Positions 8,108-11,591 of a stretch of DNA of 11,591 bases are shown here, piece by piece. The DNA lies in the NCBI GenBank assembly GCA_038888155.1, contig JAWAJB010000034.1:1-11591 (forward strand), given 5' to 3'. A program made the position numbers and the translations under genes. The notes under the pieces are model-generated. The model saw nothing but the letters and a program-made list of their open reading frames with translations, searched no databases and had not been told where the DNA came from. This DNA comes from Desulfurococcaceae archaeon. GTDB lineage: Archaea; Thermoproteota; Thermoprotei_A; Sulfolobales; Desulfurococcaceae. Numbering within the stretch: the stretch's first letter is position 1; each line of letters opens with the position of its first letter.

Positions 8108-8147
8108 ATAAACCTATATAATCATAAATAGTATTGTGATGGTGTGA
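8108..8147 (+). promoter_or_regulatory. Internal promoter and RBS of the E2 gene
   Basis: An A-rich stretch, then TATATAA at 8115-8121, about 30 nt before GTG 8151. GGTGTGA at 8141-8147. Confidence 0.5.
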
Positions 8148-8150
8148 TGT

Positions 8151-9311
8151 GTGGTTGTTGAGATCAGGATGCCTAAACTCGGCTTAACTATGACTAAGGG
8201 TGTCATTAAGGAGTGGCTGAAAAAAGAGGGTGAGAGAGTAGAGAAAGATGAGCCTCTGTTCATAATAGAGACTGAAAAAATCACCTCGACAGTGACCTCA
8301 CCTGTTTCAGGCTACTTGTTGAAGATACTTGCTAGAGCAGGGAGTGAAGTTCCTGTTGGACAGGTGGTTGCTTACGTAGGCGAGCTTGGAGAGAGTATAT
8401 CCGGTGTTGCTCCACCTCCGACTATTCAAGCACCACCCACTCCTAAAGTTAGGGCGACGCCGAGAGCTAAAGCCTTAGCCCAGAAGGAAGGAATAGACTT
8501 AAGTCTAGTTAAAGGTACAGGTCCTGAGGGCTTGATCACGGAAGAGGATGTGCTAAGGTATATACGTGAAGCAAGAGCTAAGACCAAGCTCGGTCTCAAA
8601 GTCAAAGAAGTAATACCTCTAACATCCTTAAGAAAAAGTATAGCAGAGAGAATGACTACTAGTTTAAGGGATATGGCTCAAGTAACTTTATTCAGGGAAG
8701 AGAGTGTTGAACTAGTAGTTAAGTTGAAGAACGAGTTAGACCCCGTCATATATAGTGAAACCGGTCTTAAATTAACGTACACACCGATCTTTATAAAAAT
8801 AGTTGCTGAAGCCCTTAAGAGGTTTCCATTAGTTAACTCAACACTTGAAGAGGATGCAATTAAAATCATCGATGAGATAAACGTGGGCTTTGCCGTAGCA
8901 ATGGATCATGGTCTCATAGTTCCGGTTGTCAGAAACGCAGATGTAAAAGACTTAAAGACTATAGTTGTTGAAGTTAACGAGTTGATCCGCAAGGCTAGAG
9001 AAGGAAAGCTAACGTTAGATGAAGTTCAATGTGGGACATTTACGATAACTAACTTGGGCATGTACGGTATTGATGGATTTACCCCGATAATAAACCCACC
9101 CCAAGTAGCTATCTTAGGTATAGGCAGAATCGTCAACAAGCCGGTTTTCATAGGTGATAAGTTAGTGAGTAAGCCTATGGCAGTATTCAGCTTAACCTTC
9201 GACCATAGAGTTATTGATGGTCATACCGCAGCGCAATTCTTAGACACAATAATAAGAATTATGCAATCAGAGGAGGATCTGCGTAAGGTGTTAACGGGAC
9301 CTTCCAGTTGA
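8151..9311 (+). CDS. acoC: Dihydrolipoamide acyltransferase E2 (lipoyl domain, PSBD, catalytic domain)
   Basis: MPKLGLTM..G...W, ETEK with lipoyl-Lys43 (8277-8279), Pro-rich linker, PSBD ATPRAKALA..GIDL..VKGTGPEGLITEEDV, TFTITNLG, PIINPPQ and catalytic DHRVIDG. Confidence 0.93.
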   Translation: MVVEIRMPKLGLTMTKGVIKEWLKKEGERVEKDEPLFIIETEKITSTVTSPVSGYLLKILARAGSEVPVGQVVAYVGELGESISGVAPPPTIQAPPTPKVRATPRAKALAQKEGIDLSLVKGTGPEGLITEEDVLRYIREARAKTKLGLKVKEVIPLTSLRKSIAERMTTSLRDMAQVTLFREESVELVVKLKNELDPVIYSETGLKLTYTPIFIKIVAEALKRFPLVNSTLEEDAIKIIDEINVGFAVAMDHGLIVPVVRNADVKDLKTIVVEVNELIRKAREGKLTLDEVQCGTFTITNLGMYGIDGFTPIINPPQVAILGIGRIVNKPVFIGDKLVSKPMAVFSLTFDHRVIDGHTAAQFLDTIIRIMQSEEDLRKVLTGPSS

Positions 9312-9534
9312 GGCTCTTACATAATCATGACCTAATCGGAACTAAGGAACATGCGATCATGTCTCTCATAGAAGTTACAATACGACATCACATAATAGGT
9401 ATAAACAGCGAGTCTTTATTTACTGGCTTAAACTTGCATTTCCCATATTCGAAGATCATGCATACTTGGGCCCTTGTAACATACTTGCATTGTAAATTTG
9501 TCTGAGAAGTGTTATGTGAAGAAATTTTCATGAC

Positions 9535-9665
9535 GAGGGGATTCAGCCCCGATGTAGGTTTATGTTGGTTGATGTCATCGCCTCATTCTTGTTTCCCTGC
9601 ATCGATCTTGGGTTTTCATCGCTCTTGGAGACATTCAGGGTAACCCCAGACACCTCACATCTTGA
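9535..9665 (-). ncRNA. Probable TnpB omegaRNA/reRNA (sotRNA) scaffold overlapping the tnpB 3' end
   Basis: Minus strand GATGTGAGGTGTCTGGGGTTACCCTGAATGTCTCCAAGAGCGATGAAAACCCAAGATCGATGCAGGGAAAC...GGGGCTGAATCCCC. It occupies the established position of TnpB guide scaffolds and resembles the GATGTGGGG...CCCTGAA tails I recall from archaeal tnpB. Boundaries are inferred. Confidence 0.55.
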
Positions 9666-10744
9666 GTATCTCCAAGGAATAGGTTTATGCATGCTACTAC
9701 ATCCCTATCACTTACGAATCCGCATTTAAAGTATCGTAGTATTCTACCACCGTTGTATCTGAGCTTGTTTCCACGTTTAGGGCATGTGGATGATGATTTT
9801 CTCGGGTTTACGTATCTAGTCTCTAGTCCTCTCTCCAGTGCTTTGTAGCTGACTGTGAACTGTATCTTTCTGTAGAACCATAGCGATAACTTCTTGCTGA
9901 AGGAGCTACTATCGTTAACTCTATCCCTCAGGTGATTCGAGTCCTCTAACACTACAATAGCTCTGTACTTTCTAGCTAGCTTAGCTACCGAGTCTTTAAT
10001 TTTATGAGCGTAATCCCAAGCTATGCTTTTAATCTTCTCACCATGTCCCTTAATCGCTCTCCTAACTCCCTTGATGAATCTCCAAGATTTCGGGTACCTC
10101 TTCTGAATCCTCTCAATCCATACCCTATGCATCAACATCTTTCTGAGAGGTGTCTTGTACCGCTTCAGCTTCAGCAACTCTCCACTAGGTGCAAACACGG
10201 CTAGTGTAACGTTGTCTAAGTTCACATCAACAATCATAACTGTCTTGGGCTTTCCAAACTTAATAACTTTTCTAAAGTAAATTGATACGTAGACATCGTC
10301 TTTAACAACCTTCACAGATACCTCGTAGTTGCTTCATTCTCTAAATTTCTCCACTCTTTCACTAGATGTCAACAGCTTTAGCTTAACTTCTCCACCATTG
10401 TGTACCTTTAGAATAAGCGTTCTATTTTCTAAGTCGATTCTATAATCATATTTGTCTACTCCAGCTGTTAATCTTCTAAGAATAGGCTTCCTACCATCAT
10501 TCCCCTTACTGGACTTAACAGTAGCTCTGGCATATTTGTATATCTGCTTTAGGTGGTGTGCTCTGAAACCGTGCTTCCTCAACTCTGAATAGAACATTCT
10601 GTGTAAAACACTTATCGAAGGAACTTTATCCAAGTTCCACAACTTGTTGACAACGAATTGCGTTACATCAAGATACAACCACGGAAACTTAACTAATTTA
10701 TCATAGTCATTGCTACTCTCGGGAAGCTCTCCCTCATCGAGCAA
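9635..10744 (-). pseudogene. tnpB: TnpB RNA-guided endonuclease, inactivated
   Basis: ORFs 10334..10744 and 9635..10315 are in the same frame, split by TGA 10334-10336 (KFRE*SNYEVSVK). RuvC-I IVDVN, RuvC-II VLED and RuvC-III DRD..A.INL are present. The Zn ribbon is degraded to CPKR...YFKC. Confidence 0.9.
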
Positions 10745-10817
10745 CTCACCACATCAAGAATTGCAGTGCATGATTTACAAGGTTCTCTCTCTCCATTATC
10801 CGTATGGGTGGATATAT

Positions 10818-10961
10818 GTGGCTAGAGTCGAGCTGGTTAGATGTAGTATTATAAAGTACAGGAGAGGAGACTGCGTCCTCTACCCGCTGGGAAGAGACAA
10901 GGAGAAGATCAAGCACCTCCACGGAAAAGAATTATACGCGCTGATCATAGCTGAAGAATAA
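10818..10961 (+). CDS. Small 47-aa basic protein, possibly AbrB/DUF2080-like DNA-binding
   Basis: GGGTGG RBS 6 nt before GTG 10818. Sequence MARVELVRCSIIKYRRGDCVLYPLGRDKEKIKHLHGKELYALIIAEE suggests a beta-beta-helix-GK-beta pattern. Divergent from tnpB. Confidence 0.55.
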   Translation: MARVELVRCSIIKYRRGDCVLYPLGRDKEKIKHLHGKELYALIIAEE

Positions 10962-10999
10962 CATAAAACAATAATAAACCAAATATGAAAACCAAAACA
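10962..10999 (-). terminator. T-rich terminator candidate for the permease gene
   Basis: The minus strand has several T4/T3 tracts about 60-100 nt after the permease stop. Confidence 0.3.
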
Positions 11000-11062
11000 G
11001 CTGCGATAGGCTTAATCAAAACATCCTTCAGTCTCTGGAACATCAGTGAGGTACTTGAAGCT

Positions 11063-11590
11063 CTAGAGTTTAATTATCTCCTCTGCTGGGACTCCTCTCT
11101 GCTTCTCTAGTAGTAGTAGTGAGATCAGCGCGAGAGCTGTTATCCACGATATCTGTGTAATCCATGCATGTAGTGGTTCTACTGGAGTGTAGTCTGCGGT
11201 TGCAAATGCAAGGGGTTGATCTAGTGGTGGTTTAACCGCTGTGTAGTAGTAGAATATTAGGTTCATGGAGGATATGAATGGAGAGTAGTGGTATACTTCG
11301 CCTCCAATGTAGACTGAGATCATTGAGAAAGCCAATGATAATATGAGTGGTATAAACGTTACCCTGAACAGTAAACCTGGTTTTCTGAGAACCACGACTA
11401 GTAGGCCGAGCGCCATTGAGAACAAGTAGATGAATAATCCGTAGGCTAAACCCGCTGCTAGTAGTCCAGCTGGGTTTTCCGGCAGTATCAGTTGACTGAA
11501 CCTGTGGCTAAACATCAGCGTTGTTACAGCTAGTAACATAATGAAGCTAACTAGTAGAATTACCAGGGAGCCCGCGACGAGTTCCAGTAG
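11063..11590 (-). CDS. Multi-pass membrane protein, probable ABC-2-type exporter permease (3' part)
   Basis: The frame is open to the right edge (LLELVAGSLVILLVSFIMLL...). Four or more hydrophobic helices, a YSPF re-entrant-like motif and a final TM helix followed by a charged tail. Confidence 0.65.
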   Translation of the reverse strand, partial: LLELVAGSLVILLVSFIMLLAVTTLMFSHRFSQLILPENPAGLLAAGLAYGLFIYLFSMALGLLVVVLRKPGLLFRVTFIPLILSLAFSMISVYIGGEVYHYSPFISSMNLIFYYYTAVKPPLDQPLAFATADYTPVEPLHAWITQISWITALALISLLLLEKQRGVPAEEIIKL

Positions 11591-11591
11591 T

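Larger units (their letters stand above)
9530..10760 (-). mobile_element. Non-autonomous IS200/IS605-family (IS1341-like, tnpB-only) element, decaying; ends approximate
   Basis: Contains a tnpB pseudogene, a structured 3' region and a small hairpin at 9537-9550. No tnpA is recognisable. Confidence 0.75.

Noticed and set aside
4642-8869. Nested ORFs 4642..4836, 5121..5342, 5246..5659, 5525..5713, 7189..7470, 7828..8010 and 8678..8869
   Set aside because: Antisense or off-frame shadows of well-supported genes, with no motifs.
9027-9035. E2 QCGTFT instead of the usual QGGTFT
   Set aside because: A single substitution with catalytic motifs intact; not enough to infer altered function.
9360-9420. 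TACGACATCAC-ATAATAGGT could read YDI-IIG across a frameshift, like an E3 N-terminus right after E2
   Set aside because: No GxGxxG or any further E3 similarity follows; probably chance. ORF 9308..9505 has no recognisable features.
9432-9491. ACTTGCATT repeated twice next to the tnpB end, considered as a mini CRISPR array for a Cas12f-like system
   Set aside because: Only 9 bp and two copies; no repeat-spacer periodicity anywhere in the window.
1913-10336. In-frame TGA/TAA codons as possible recoding (Sec or alternative genetic code)
   Set aside because: Intact genes end normally at TAA, TAG and TGA. The interrupted genes also carry frameshifts or motif losses, indicating decay.

Overview
AT-rich (roughly 40% GC) DNA from an archaeon, probably a thermophilic Thermoproteota. 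This is inferred from GGTGA/GGAGG RBSs, BRE-TATA promoters, oligo-T terminators, GTG/TTG starts and frequent AGA/AGG and ATA codons. The core is an acetoin-dehydrogenase-type (aco) cluster on +: a Zn-dependent alcohol dehydrogenase with an atypical active site, E1alpha (acoA), E1beta (acoB), the NAD-kinase-fold AcoX and a classical lipoyl-E2 (acoC). There is no E3 gene in the window. Upstream lie a DUF169-like pseudogene (one nonsense codon, one frameshift), two decayed minus-strand frames and a divergent lipoate-protein ligase lacking the usual C-terminal domain. Downstream is a decaying IS200/IS605-type tnpB with a probable omegaRNA/right-end region, a small divergent 47-aa ORF where tnpA might be expected, and the 3' part of an ABC-2-type permease. 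No CRISPR array, tRNA or rRNA was seen. All family calls come from motif recognition by eye; no searches were run.
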